From a virus (taxonomy: Duplodnaviria > Heunggongvirae > Uroviricota > Caudoviricetes): a stretch of 64,000 nt of DNA. A program made the translations under genes and the position numbers. The notes beneath the pieces are model-generated. The model saw only the letters and a program-made list of their open reading frames with translations, had not been told where the DNA came from and made no database searches. Every line of letters starts with the position of its first letter. The first letter of the stretch is position 1. Positions 9,934 to 19,752 of this stretch are shown here, one piece after another. Location of the stretch: positions 234,295 to 298,294 of the IMG/VR virus record IMGVR_UViG_3300003310_000099; one strand, written 5' to 3'.

Positions 9934-10078
9934 GAGTTGAAATGAGACAGTTCATGTTTGGTTTGGTGGCGGGTCTTTTTATTGGCAGCGGAGTAACTTA
10001 CATCGTTGCTGATTATTATTGGCCTACAGTAAAAATCAGAGTTCAGAGTGGTCCTAATCCATTCTATGGAAGGTAAAA

Positions 10079-10612
10079 ATGAGTATTGTTGAAAATGCTG
10101 AGAAGATTGCACGCAAGGCTCACGAAGGACAGCTTCGTAAGTGGAGTGCTAACGTCCCCTATATCGTTCACCCGATTGGGGTTGCGGAAAAGGTTAAGAG
10201 TCTTTCTAATGTCGATGATATCGACATTGCAGCAGCACTTTTGCATGATGTTCTTGAAGATTGTGGGGAACATTGGGCATCCGTTATCGAGGAAGAAGTT
10301 GGTCGTGAAGTTCTTGACCTTGTGCGAGAATTAACGTTCCCCACCGAAGGCGAAGAGTGGGCTGGACGTTCGCGGGCTGAAAAGAATGTCATTCGTTTCG
10401 CACAAATGGAGCGAATGAGTTCCAAAGCCAAGAAGATCAAGATGGTTGACCGTTGGTATAATCTGAATGATATGAAGAATGCACCTTACAAGCTTATCAA
10501 GAAGACTGTTGATGAGTCTTGGAAGCTCCTTGAAATCTGCGGTGCCGCAGACAAGGAAATGGCAAAGGATTTGGAAGAGGCTATCAAGAATCTGGAAAGG
10601 CGGCTCAACTAA
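10079..10612 (+). CDS. HD-domain hydrolase, SpoT/Mesh1-like
   Basis: AHEGQLRK..PYIVHP, AALLHDVLED, IKMVDRWYN. Confidence 0.85.
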   Translation: MSIVENAEKIARKAHEGQLRKWSANVPYIVHPIGVAEKVKSLSNVDDIDIAAALLHDVLEDCGEHWASVIEEEVGREVLDLVRELTFPTEGEEWAGRSRAEKNVIRFAQMERMSSKAKKIKMVDRWYNLNDMKNAPYKLIKKTVDESWKLLEICGAADKEMAKDLEEAIKNLERRLN

Positions 10613-10953
10613 TGTATCACGAATTCCGAAACACGAATCGTAGCGGTTGGAAGTACACTTACACTGGTAAGGAATTACTTCCTTTTGCCAAGCTCTGTCT
10701 TGCCAACTACTACAAGGCAGAGTCTCAGGCGCGGGCAGAAATGTCCAAGCTGATTCAGGATATGCGTCGTAATCAGGATGATCCTGCACTGGTTCAGTGC
10801 CGTAAGGACATTGAATCTAATGGGTCTATGCGGGAAGAGTTGATGGTGTTCGTGCATGAGTTCACTCGTCAACCCGACCGTGAATATTATCTTGCTTTGG
10901 GCGATGTGGTATTCTTCGGGATGCTGGATACTCCAGAGGAGTTGATGAAGTAA
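10612..10953 (+). CDS. hypothetical protein
   Basis: coupled ORF. Confidence 0.7.
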   Translation: MYHEFRNTNRSGWKYTYTGKELLPFAKLCLANYYKAESQARAEMSKLIQDMRRNQDDPALVQCRKDIESNGSMREELMVFVHEFTRQPDREYYLALGDVVFFGMLDTPEELMK

Positions 10954-11108
10954 TGGAAGCCTCATTTTTAATGGCTATAATGACAATAGCATTGTCGTTG
11001 GTAGTTTTCAAAATGTTGGGGCTAATTTCAAAAGTTCTGAAAAAGAAGCCATCCCTTTATCAAGGGATTCCAGTCGAGTATTTGGAAAAATACCCGTTGA
11101 ACTGAAAG

Positions 11109-11124
11109 CTTAGCTGTACCTAGT
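11109..11124 (+). promoter_or_regulatory. CTTAGCTGTAC element copy 2
   Basis: exact core. Confidence 0.8.
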
Positions 11125-11126
11125 GG

Positions 11127-11155
11127 TTTACAAGTGTTGTTTTTCGTGGTAAAGT
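11127..11155 (+). promoter_or_regulatory. sigma70-type promoter
   Basis: TTTACA-N17-TAAAGT with TG extension. Confidence 0.55.
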
Positions 11156-11175
11156 AATACAAGGGAGGTTCTATT

Positions 11176-11481
11176 ATGGACAGTGATCTGTTGCAGTATC
11201 TTCGTAAGGGTAGTCAGCGAGTGCGGGCTGGTGTTCTGCTTGCCCGCAAGGTCAAGAAGAACAAGAAGGTCAAGGTGCTTGTCGGCTGGAGTAAGTGCAA
11301 GCTTACCGTCGATAAGTTCGACCCTGTTCGCGGCAAGGAAATTGCTGAAGCCCGTATTCAGCTTCGTCTGGAAGGCGATAATCGTAAGGTCAAGGTGCCG
11401 CATTCCATCAAGGCAAAGGTGGATGAATTCGTGCAGCGTGCGAAGCGGTATTACAAGACTGAGAACGTCAAGGTGGTCTAA
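11176..11481 (+). CDS. basic phage protein
   Basis: SD GGAGG; GWSKC...DKFD. Confidence 0.7.
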   Translation: MDSDLLQYLRKGSQRVRAGVLLARKVKKNKKVKVLVGWSKCKLTVDKFDPVRGKEIAEARIQLRLEGDNRKVKVPHSIKAKVDEFVQRAKRYYKTENVKVV

Positions 11482-11484
11482 AAT

Positions 11485-11598
11485 TAACCTTGTGCATATT
11501 CTGCTGGTGCAAGCCCAGAGTCGTGAAACTATCCTTGCCTTACGGCAGGCGATAAGCTAGTCTATATGGCGCGAAAGCCAAGAATATGCACAAGGTTA
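11485..11598 (+). ncRNA. candidate structured RNA (multi-way junction)
   Basis: perfect 18-bp closing inverted repeat enclosing 3-4 hairpins. Confidence 0.6.
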
Positions 11599-11869
11599 GC
11601 ACTTATGAAAAAAGCTAGATTTGTTTTGGATTACTGAGGCTTAAATGCTCGCCTTACAGTTCGTAAGGTATTGCCATTTTTATTTTCCCATGCGGCTGCT
11701 GTATTCGATAGTGAACCAGCAGTTAGAAAAGCAATACAGGCAATAAGCAACGATGAGCATTATGGAAAGCCCGTTCCCCCTAGAGAGGTTTGGTTTGTTT
11801 TAGAGAAAATTCGCGGTGATTTGAAAGATAAAAATATAGAATTCTTAGTACCGTCACCAGAAGAAACGC

Positions 11870-12148
11870 ATGGAACATGGGGATTGGCAAGCTAATCAGG
11901 AACTTAAAATGTACCCTAAAAAGTCAAAGAAAATTGAAATTGAACTGCCAGAAGAACCGCCTTCTGGCGGCTATGCTGCTTGTCCTAGCGGTGATAATGA
12001 CTACGATGATGCAATGAAAGAATGGCAGAAAAATGTAAATGCCGTTATTCTTGCTGCTATTCCCCGTGGCTATAATCTCAAGTCGTGTGAAACCAAAAAG
12101 GTTCAGATTGTGCGTCACTATGCCACAATCGTTGTGGAGGAACAGTAA
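11870..12148 (+). CDS. hypothetical protein
   Basis: ORF; start may be 11909. Confidence 0.6.
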   Translation: MEHGDWQANQELKMYPKKSKKIEIELPEEPPSGGYAACPSGDNDYDDAMKEWQKNVNAVILAAIPRGYNLKSCETKKVQIVRHYATIVVEEQ

Positions 12149-12432
12149 TGGAAAGACCATTGCATCGTGAGGTGTATGTATTTAATGCGGAAGACAACGG
12201 TGGCGAGTCATTGACTCTTACTACTGATTATTTTGATAATGGCGATGCCGCACATGGTCTGCCTGATGGTATCTTCACAAACCAAAAGCTAACTCTTATG
12301 AGTTATGGTAATTCTGCAAGTTTTGAACTTTGCGGAACCGTTCTCACCCCTGAAAATCTTCGGGAACTGGCTGATATTCTTGAAAATGGTGAGAAGTTGG
12401 CACTGAGCAAGGTAGTAAAGGTGGTTAAGTAA
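12148..12432 (+). CDS. hypothetical protein
   Basis: coupled ORF. Confidence 0.7.
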   Translation: MERPLHREVYVFNAEDNGGESLTLTTDYFDNGDAAHGLPDGIFTNQKLTLMSYGNSASFELCGTVLTPENLRELADILENGEKLALSKVVKVVK

Positions 12433-12758
12433 TGGAGTGGTTTTGGCTTGGCATAACCTCAATCATATATGTAATTTGCGCCTATTTGACTTATAAAGAA
12501 GAATGGCGCAATGAGTCTTGGTACTTACCAATCTGTTTCTTTTTCGGCACAACTTTAGTTGTTATCTGGTATATGGTTATCAAATATATCGGTGATAAAG
12601 ACCGAATATATTTCTTTAGCCTATGCTGGGATGCAGTTATGGTTGCCGTATACTATGTCCTACCAGTTTTGGTGTTCGGAGTTAAATTGGACAGGTACGG
12701 CATTGGTGGATTGTGTCTGATGATTGCTGGTTTAGTTTTACTCAAGGTGAAGCACTAG
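12432..12758 (+). CDS. 4-TM membrane protein, SMR/DMT-like
   Basis: four hydrophobic segments; C-terminal GLCLMIAGLVLL. Confidence 0.6.
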   Translation: MEWFWLGITSIIYVICAYLTYKEEWRNESWYLPICFFFGTTLVVIWYMVIKYIGDKDRIYFFSLCWDAVMVAVYYVLPVLVFGVKLDRYGIGGLCLMIAGLVLLKVKH

Positions 12759-12922
12759 ATTTTTTAATGGAGAAGACTAATGGAAGACCATGAGAAGTGG
12801 TTGCAAGAAAATGAAGAAGCTCGAAAACTAGTTGAGCTAGGCTTATCCCAAGCGAAGGCGGGACAATTTGCAGAGAACCCACCAGACTTGGAAAAGGATT
12901 TAGAAGATTTGGAAGAGTAAAC

Positions 12923-12938
12923 CTTAGCTGTACCGAGT
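12923..12938 (+). promoter_or_regulatory. element copy 3 (ATG at +21)
   Basis: CTTAGCTGTACCGAGT-AAACC-ATG. Confidence 0.85.
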
Positions 12939-12943
12939 AAACC

Positions 12944-13153
12944 ATGAATGACTGGACTTTCGACAAAATCAGTGAAACCTGGCTTTGCGGTAAAGAAAGC
13001 TGTGGTTGTGGCGTATACAATGATGGTAAAGGCTGGGAAGGCAACGTGTCATGCTCAGACCTTATTGTAGGCATTGGTCCATTTACCACGAAGGAAGAGG
13101 CAATGACTGAATGCCTAAAACAATTAGAGGAATTAAAGGTGCGAAATGGTTGA
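12944..13153 (+). CDS. hypothetical protein (leaderless)
   Basis: ATG at +21 of element. Confidence 0.65.
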   Translation: MNDWTFDKISETWLCGKESCGCGVYNDGKGWEGNVSCSDLIVGIGPFTTKEEAMTECLKQLEELKVRNG

Positions 13154-13412
13154 GTTATATGATGCTCATTACGAAATGGATTTGGGATGTGGCGGCGATA
13201 TTTGGCATTTAAGAGGCAATGTAGTCAACCATCCTAATTTCCCAGATTGGGATAGTGTTGGTCCTTCAACTCCAGTTGAGTTCGATGAAGCCACTGACAC
13301 CATGAAAACTGCAAGTGGCAAGACATACAAGATTATGTCTTATATCAACAAAGCAAGCGTCGTTGAGCAAATCAAGAAGGATATTGCAAAGAAAGGATAT
13401 GAAGTACACTAA
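13146..13412 (+). CDS. hypothetical phage protein
   Basis: ORF, LRGNVVNHPNF. Confidence 0.65.
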   Translation: MVELYDAHYEMDLGCGGDIWHLRGNVVNHPNFPDWDSVGPSTPVEFDEATDTMKTASGKTYKIMSYINKASVVEQIKKDIAKKGYEVH

Positions 13413-13690
13413 TGGCTAAATTTGCTATCTTTATGGTCTGTATGCTTGTCATGTTTTACGAGGGTCTTGGACTCCATCTGATGTGGGGTTGGTATATTAC
13501 CAAGGTTTTTGGTGGTATTCAACCTGGAATCGTCGCGTGTATTGGCTTGTCGATGATCGTTAGCATGGTTAAGCCATCGCCAGTGCCAGATGATATGGAT
13601 ACGGAGAAGGTTTTGTTTGTACTTCTTAATTCCGTGTTCCGTGTCACTTTCATGCTGATTGTTGGGTATATTCTCCATTTTTGGATTTGA
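13412..13690 (+). CDS. membrane protein
   Basis: three hydrophobic segments. Confidence 0.65.
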   Translation: MAKFAIFMVCMLVMFYEGLGLHLMWGWYITKVFGGIQPGIVACIGLSMIVSMVKPSPVPDDMDTEKVLFVLLNSVFRVTFMLIVGYILHFWI

Positions 13691-13851
13691 AAAATGATTT
13701 ACTTGGCAATTGTCATAGTTCTTGTTGCATTAAGTTTATATAATTGTTATAATCGGTATAAGAGGCTAGAATGGGCTTCTTATACCGATGGCTTTTATAA
13801 GGGCTTTTGGCAACTGCTGTTATATGTATTTTTACTAGGATTAGTGATAGG

Positions 13852-15222
13852 ATGGGGGATTTCAAGGTGAGATTTGGCAATCAACCCAAATCCAACAAAA
13901 TGAAGAAGAAGGAACTTCAAGAAAAGAAGTTCCGTGCAGAACAGCAACAGGCGGCTGTGCCTAAACCACCTGTTGTTTATGTTTTGAAGACGAAGGTACG
14001 CAATCTCTCGAAAGCCATTGAGGAAATTTTTGAAGGGAAGAAGGATTTCCCCTACACCGAAAACAAAATCCATAACATTAAGAATGCCGTAGGCAGTCTT
14101 AATAGAGATGAAGGACTTAAACGAATTCTTCTACATTTTGTCGATCAGAAGGTAGAATTCGCTGAGAAGGGCCATGTAAATAATTATTATGGTCATCGTG
14201 AAAACGTCAAAACTCCATTAAACGCTCTAATTAACCTCTCAAAATATCTTCATAAAGCTATTCGTCCTATTGAGGATTGGGAATCTCCCAGCCACAATAC
14301 TGCTCGCTGTATTGCCAGTTTTGCACGTCATTTGTACGCAAAATACTACGTTCCATCTTTTATGGATGAAGTTTGGTACAATGAAGGACTGGCACATCAA
14401 GTTTGGTTTCTTCACATTGGCTCAGGACAGAATATCAGAACTGCACAGGGTTTGCCTGTTCCATTGACCAAGAAAGAAGCCCATTTCTTTATGCAGGCTC
14501 CCAAGGACATTGGGCCATTAAACGCTATTCGTTACGGTCAAATTATCAATATGGGTGGCAATGAGGCTTTCGTTCGCCAAATCCTCAAAACCAGAATTGC
14601 CAATGATTTCGATATTGAGAGAAATAAGTTTTATCAGAGCATTTTCGTTTGGTTTATGGCAAATCCGATGTTGGACACTTGCCATTATGCGCCTATTCTT
14701 GACTATATTCACAATCAGAAATATGTTGGGTATCGGCTCAATGAACAGGGGATGATGGTTCCCCGTCAGCCCAATTTCTGTATGAAGGGGCGTGAGCCAG
14801 AATCATTATTGAGACAGGTTGAGGCTTGGCACAAGCAGACTGGCAAGGAAAGCCGTGGGAATAATTTCCCTGAATGGGCAGCTTGTGGACGTAAGGGTTT
14901 GTATCATAAGACCAATGATACTCTTCACACGATTCGTGAAATTTGCACTCAAAAGGAATTGATTGAAGAGGGTCGCAAGATGCACCATTGCGTTGCTTCT
15001 TATGCAGGAAGTTGCGCCCGTGGGGATATCTCTATTTGGTCCTACGAAGTCATGGATATTAACGGATTGAATAAGAGATTAACTCTGGAAGTTAGTAATC
15101 GTGAAGCTGTAATTCGTCAGGCTCGCGGCAAATATAATGCAATGGCTACTGCTAGTGATATGCATTTTGTCAAACTTTGGGCTAGGGAAGCTGGTATTGG
15201 CATTTCAAAATACATAATTTAA
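13852..15222 (+). CDS. PcfJ-like domain protein
   Basis: ELIEEGRKMHHCVASY, LTLEV, QARGKYN; start uncertain (13852-13900). Confidence 0.8.
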   Translation: MGDFKVRFGNQPKSNKMKKKELQEKKFRAEQQQAAVPKPPVVYVLKTKVRNLSKAIEEIFEGKKDFPYTENKIHNIKNAVGSLNRDEGLKRILLHFVDQKVEFAEKGHVNNYYGHRENVKTPLNALINLSKYLHKAIRPIEDWESPSHNTARCIASFARHLYAKYYVPSFMDEVWYNEGLAHQVWFLHIGSGQNIRTAQGLPVPLTKKEAHFFMQAPKDIGPLNAIRYGQIINMGGNEAFVRQILKTRIANDFDIERNKFYQSIFVWFMANPMLDTCHYAPILDYIHNQKYVGYRLNEQGMMVPRQPNFCMKGREPESLLRQVEAWHKQTGKESRGNNFPEWAACGRKGLYHKTNDTLHTIREICTQKELIEEGRKMHHCVASYAGSCARGDISIWSYEVMDINGLNKRLTLEVSNREAVIRQARGKYNAMATASDMHFVKLWAREAGIGISKYII

Positions 15223-15237
15223 CCATATATAATCTAT

Positions 15238-16128
15238 ATGGCTAAACCAGAATTTTTTAGAGGCACACCACCAAGTAGTGCATTTGGTAAAGAAATCCCT
15301 TGTCAGGGTCGTATTACAGGCACAGCTGGGAAGCCCGTCTATCAAGACAACCAAACTAATTTAACATCTTTATATTGGACGCCATTTTATGGTGAGAGTA
15401 TAGGTCTGTATAACGGCAGCACTTGGGATGTTATTACATTTACAGAAACTTCTGTATCAGTTCCTGGCACAACAGATACGAACTACGATTTATTTGCTTA
15501 TAATAATTCTGGAACATTAGCTTTAACAACAGCCGCTTGGTTTAATGACAGTACCAGAAATGACCCAATTGACTATACTGATGGCATTCCGCTTCTTATA
15601 TCTGATAAAACAAGACGTTATTTAGGATCATTTAGGACGACTGCATCTAGTGGGGAGACAGAGGACAGCAAGGCCAAGAGACTTGTGTGGAATTATTATA
15701 ACCGTAGGCAGGTAATTGGATTCCGTCCAAGTTTTACAGCTAGTTGGACTAGCAGTGGTAATGGTTCTTGGGCTGCAATGGACAGTGGTGCTTCTGAGTG
15801 GAGATTCGACTGGATACAAGGCGTCAATGAAGACAACATGAACGCGAGAGCATATTGTGGTTGTGGCCAAGGTGCCCAATTCGCCATTGCATTGAACGGA
15901 ACTAGCCCAAATGGTCAGTACACTACAATTGGTGGCCATAATGTATCAGGAATTATAAACTGCTCTTGTGAGTATTCAAACTTTATAGGTATTTTCGGTA
16001 GTTACAACTATTTGCAGGTAGTGCAAACTTCATACAGTGGCAGTTCGGCTACATTTTATGGCCTTAATACCACAGGTAGCGGCACATTGGGTAATAATAG
16101 TGGATTTGTTACTGTTTCTTGGCGTTAA
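15238..16128 (+). CDS. putative virion structural/tail-associated protein
   Basis: Thr/Ser/Gly/Asn-rich; late-type ATATATA upstream. Confidence 0.6.
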   Translation: MAKPEFFRGTPPSSAFGKEIPCQGRITGTAGKPVYQDNQTNLTSLYWTPFYGESIGLYNGSTWDVITFTETSVSVPGTTDTNYDLFAYNNSGTLALTTAAWFNDSTRNDPIDYTDGIPLLISDKTRRYLGSFRTTASSGETEDSKAKRLVWNYYNRRQVIGFRPSFTASWTSSGNGSWAAMDSGASEWRFDWIQGVNEDNMNARAYCGCGQGAQFAIALNGTSPNGQYTTIGGHNVSGIINCSCEYSNFIGIFGSYNYLQVVQTSYSGSSATFYGLNTTGSGTLGNNSGFVTVSWR

Positions 16129-16838
16129 GTTACCAATAAACAAACTGCTTGGCTAGATGCTGAAGCAATACAATATATTAAGTTTGAATTGTTTACTGGA
16201 ACAAGTACAGCTTCACCAGCTAATAATTCAAAACCAGTTGATGATGTAACACCAGATGAATTGCCAACATAAATTATTCCAGTATTGGTACTTTTGGCTT
16301 TAACAAGCACGCCTTTTGTGGATGTGTTAGACGCTAATTGTACGGCTGAAGTGCCAACAGATGTTTGGTTATGAGCGAAACTGGTGCCGATTTCATTATA
16401 GAGATTAGTTCTTAATGAAGTGTTTGAATTATCGGCACATGCGTTAGAAGTAGCACTACTTCCTGTAAGAGAATTGGCCCATTCTGAGACTTGTGAAATT
16501 TCTGCACGGGCTGTTATGGCACTTCCAGTGCTACCGTGTGTCCAAACAACTCTAATATATTGGACTGGTGCCATAAGCTGGAAGGATATGGACTTGACCT
16601 CATTGTTACCAGTTCCACCTGTAAAGGTGTAAAAATCATAGAAATTACTATTATCTGCGCTGCTTTGCACTGTAGCAGATGCGGGCACAGCAGGACCAGT
16701 AGCACCATTGGTGAGCTTTAAGTAAATGTGTTTTACACCTGTTGTGGTGGTATCCTGCGAGGATGAGGTTGTTGGGCCACCTCCTGCGGTTAAGGATATA
16801 TTATTAGAAATAACAGCGGTAGTTTTAGTCCATGCCAT
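16125..16838 (-). CDS. putative virion structural protein
   Basis: Thr/Ser-rich beta-type sequence; TATAAATA 4 nt before ATG. Confidence 0.65.
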   Translation of the reverse strand: MAWTKTTAVISNNISLTAGGGPTTSSSQDTTTTGVKHIYLKLTNGATGPAVPASATVQSSADNSNFYDFYTFTGGTGNNEVKSISFQLMAPVQYIRVVWTHGSTGSAITARAEISQVSEWANSLTGSSATSNACADNSNTSLRTNLYNEIGTSFAHNQTSVGTSAVQLASNTSTKGVLVKAKSTNTGIIYVGNSSGVTSSTGFELLAGEAVLVPVNNSNLIYCIASASSQAVCLLVT

Positions 16839-16842
16839 ACTT

Positions 16843-16850
16843 TATTTATA
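16843..16850 (-). promoter_or_regulatory. T4-like late promoter
   Basis: exact TATAAATA. Confidence 0.65.
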
Positions 16851-17487
16851 CATTCGGCTGATTATTTTTAGGCTTTTGTAGTGGACCTTCCTCTTCAATG
16901 AAATCCACTGCGTTCATTAAATTTTCAATTGGTGGGTTTGTTCCCAAGAAGTTAATTAAACTTAATAAAAATTCTCCCTTATGAAGTCGAATCCTTTCAT
17001 AGCTTATTAATAGAATTGGCATCTCCTCTTCATTTGCTTTAATTATGAAATCTAAGAATAATTGTTCGTGGTGAGTTTTAATTTTAAGTCCATGAATAGC
17101 ATCAGGCACTACATTAAGTCTTACTTCTGTAAGTGCTGAAGCTAAGTGGTCACGGATTATATAAATCCAAAATGGATTCCTGAGCAATTTGTACCAAAGA
17201 GGAAGATTTACACCACACTGCGGGATTTTCCATGACCATACTGGATTTATGTCTCTCTTATCTATTTGTGTCTTAACTTCATTCAGATTAATTGGCTGTG
17301 CTAAAACAGTTTTCCTAAATTCAACGTCTTCGGACAATTCTCCAGTTTTTGTTAGATTACCACCTAGCATATCAACAACTTTGGCTGTCATGCTGGTCCC
17401 ACCTCTACCCTGCCCAATAATACAGTAGGTTCGGTGTTCTGGCATTATTTTTGGTAAGTTAAATACGGCGGTAGAAAAACGAGGCAA
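16846..17487 (-). CDS. sulfotransferase-like P-loop protein
   Basis: IIGQGRGGTS, WKIP, IIRD, ISYE. Confidence 0.65.
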   Translation of the reverse strand: MPRFSTAVFNLPKIMPEHRTYCIIGQGRGGTSMTAKVVDMLGGNLTKTGELSEDVEFRKTVLAQPINLNEVKTQIDKRDINPVWSWKIPQCGVNLPLWYKLLRNPFWIYIIRDHLASALTEVRLNVVPDAIHGLKIKTHHEQLFLDFIIKANEEEMPILLISYERIRLHKGEFLLSLINFLGTNPPIENLMNAVDFIEEEGPLQKPKNNQPNV

Positions 17488-17524
17488 ATGACTCCTTTCA
17501 TCATAAGTTTCTCTGTAGTATATA

Positions 17525-18331
17525 TCATTTATTATTCAATTTAGAGAGAAGCTCGCCAACGGTGATTAACGGTGAAGGCTTTTCAAATTTATCAGGCTCC
17601 GCAGGACACATATTACATATAGATTCATTTTTCTGAGAAACAAATTGCTCAAGTTCTTGGTCCGTTGCTGTATGTTCTAATGGTTTATATGCCAGATAAC
17701 GGTCCCATTTAGGAGATATATTTGGCCATCGTTTTTTTTGAAGTTGCAGATAAGCAATTGTAGAACATTTGTATAATTTGCCATCTAAAATTTGCAGGCA
17801 ATGTTTGCATGGGCAGATGTTCCAGCTATCTTCAGGTCGATTATTTTCGTATGGGAGTACATCTGGCCCATAGCCTTGATAGCGACGTGTCCAATTCTCA
17901 AAACTGTCTCTTATCGCATGAGGGATTGTATTAGAATTCAAATAAGCTATAACTTTATCCCAAGTAATGTTAAATTCAGGAGAGTTACTATGTCTGCTTA
18001 CAATTAGATTAATATTTAGTTCACTAATTATTGTTCCTAGATTTGGGAAATTGGGTAGTAAAAATCCATTTGTTACGAGTTCGATGCTGTTTTTCCAGTG
18101 CTTTCTGGCAACCCTTAAAAAGTCTTCGATGCGGGGATTAAGTAGTGGCTCGCCACCTAATACAGAGAACCTTATTGGATTCAGTCTATTGCTCCACAGG
18201 CTCATTTGTTCGTCGGCATATTCTGGAGTAACTAAGCCTTTGTGTGCATTATTTGAGAAATGGCTACAGCTTTCACATGTAAAGTTGCAAGCATGAGCAG
18301 CGTGTATTTCGATTCTTGTAACATTGACCAT
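17525..18331 (-). CDS. radical SAM protein with C-terminal Cys cluster
   Basis: CNFTCESC, GGEP, VTNG, GKLYKC, CNMC. Confidence 0.9.
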   Translation of the reverse strand: MVNVTRIEIHAAHACNFTCESCSHFSNNAHKGLVTPEYADEQMSLWSNRLNPIRFSVLGGEPLLNPRIEDFLRVARKHWKNSIELVTNGFLLPNFPNLGTIISELNINLIVSRHSNSPEFNITWDKVIAYLNSNTIPHAIRDSFENWTRRYQGYGPDVLPYENNRPEDSWNICPCKHCLQILDGKLYKCSTIAYLQLQKKRWPNISPKWDRYLAYKPLEHTATDQELEQFVSQKNESICNMCPAEPDKFEKPSPLITVGELLSKLNNK

Positions 18332-18356
18332 TTACTTATATAGTATGTAGCGATAG

Positions 18357-18372
18357 CTTAGCTGTACCAAGT
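18357..18372 (+). promoter_or_regulatory. element copy 4
   Basis: exact core. Confidence 0.8.
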
Positions 18373-18374
18373 GC

Positions 18375-18403
18375 TTTACAAACCCCAATTTTCGTGGTAG
18401 AAT
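18375..18403 (+). promoter_or_regulatory. sigma70-type promoter
   Basis: TTTACA-N17-TAGAAT with TG extension. Confidence 0.65.
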
Positions 18404-18419
18404 GCTCAGAGGGTAACTC

Positions 18420-18614
18420 ATGTATAGGGAAAATCTTCTCGGCGTGAAACGGACCATCAAAGTCTGGAATATCATCAAGGTTTCTGGATTCTTGTTCTGC
18501 CTCAAAAAAACCTTCACTGTGGAAGGCTACGATGAACATGGTCATGTGCTAATATATCTCCCAGAGATTCATCCGCATCACCTGGAAGGTGTTGATTTTA
18601 GGAATCAAGAATAA
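18420..18614 (+). CDS. hypothetical protein
   Basis: ORF after promoters. Confidence 0.6.
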   Translation: MYRENLLGVKRTIKVWNIIKVSGFLFCLKKTFTVEGYDEHGHVLIYLPEIHPHHLEGVDFRNQE

Positions 18615-19228
18615 TGGAACTTACAGACATTGAATACTTTAGAGCAACTTATGGCTTGCGTGAATGCGATGTACAGCTAATTCCTTACGGTTCAAGGGTA
18701 TATGGAACGCACAGTGAATCGTCTGATTACGATTACATTGGGCTTGTGCCACCGAAGCGAATGGTGGATACTGGCACCGAATATCGTTGGAATTCGCTAA
18801 ACGTCCACATTTACAACCGTTACGACTTCCAAAAGCAACTGGAACGACATAAAATCCATGCTCTGGAAGCGTATTACATGCCTGATGGCATTGTGGCCAA
18901 GGATTTCAAGTTTGAGTTGCATTTGCCTACATTACGAGAAGTAATCTCGGAAAAGGCATCGCACAGTTTTGTGAAGGCAAAGAAGAAGATCGACAAGGAA
19001 AATGATTTCTATGTCGGTTGGAAAAGCTTATTCCATTCTTTGCGAATTCTGAATTTTGGAATTCAGATTGCAGGTAAGGGTAAGATTTACGATTATTCGG
19101 CTGCGAATAATCACTGGTTTGATATCAGGGATGCACAGCAATATAATTGGGAATACTTCAAGGATAAGTACCAACCAATTTATAATGCTTTGGCAACGGA
19201 GTTCAGGAAGCTGGCTCCAAAGGAGTGA
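18614..19228 (+). CDS. Pol-beta superfamily nucleotidyltransferase
   Basis: YGSRVYGT...SDYD. Confidence 0.85.
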   Translation: MELTDIEYFRATYGLRECDVQLIPYGSRVYGTHSESSDYDYIGLVPPKRMVDTGTEYRWNSLNVHIYNRYDFQKQLERHKIHALEAYYMPDGIVAKDFKFELHLPTLREVISEKASHSFVKAKKKIDKENDFYVGWKSLFHSLRILNFGIQIAGKGKIYDYSAANNHWFDIRDAQQYNWEYFKDKYQPIYNALATEFRKLAPKE

Positions 19229-19231
19229 AAA

Positions 19232-19462
19232 ATGGAAAATACACTTTTAGAAAAACTGCTACATGCAGTTGACGAAGCTATCCTCTATCGGACAGAGGGT
19301 AAGCTGAACGACTTGAAGAAGGTTCGTGAAGAAATTCGTCGTAAGAACGAATTGATTGCACTGACCCTCAATGCTTTTCGTTCAGAGAACATTGACCAAG
19401 ACAAGTATCGTGAGTTGTTTCTGTTGGAAGGAAGTTTGGATAAGTGGGGGCAAAACCGATGA
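19232..19462 (+). CDS. hypothetical protein
   Basis: SD AAGGAG. Confidence 0.65.
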   Translation: MENTLLEKLLHAVDEAILYRTEGKLNDLKKVREEIRRKNELIALTLNAFRSENIDQDKYRELFLLEGSLDKWGQNR

Positions 19463-19548
19463 TTACCAATATGTTGGATAAGGATGTGCTTTTTAATGAT
19501 AAGGAATGTCTAATGGGTTAGAAGGTCGAATCGTAAAGGACTAAGAAA

Positions 19549-19731
19549 ATGGCACTAGAACTACAAATAGCCATATTAATTGTGGCTGGTGTTGTCGGCA
19601 GTTTCTTAATCGGGTTGGGAGCTTATCTTGGATTGAAAGATTCCAATAACCCAACTGGATTTCTTTTTGGGCTTGGCGGTTTAGGTCTAATCGTATTTGC
19701 TATTCTAGCCGTGATTGGTAAGATCAAATAG
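19549..19731 (+). CDS. 2-TM membrane protein
   Basis: two hydrophobic helices; stop abuts element. Confidence 0.65.
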   Translation: MALELQIAILIVAGVVGSFLIGLGAYLGLKDSNNPTGFLFGLGGLGLIVFAILAVIGKIK

Positions 19732-19747
19732 CTTAGCTGTACCGAGT
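19732..19747 (+). promoter_or_regulatory. element copy 5 (ATG at +21)
   Basis: exact core. Confidence 0.85.
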
Positions 19748-19752
19748 AGTCC

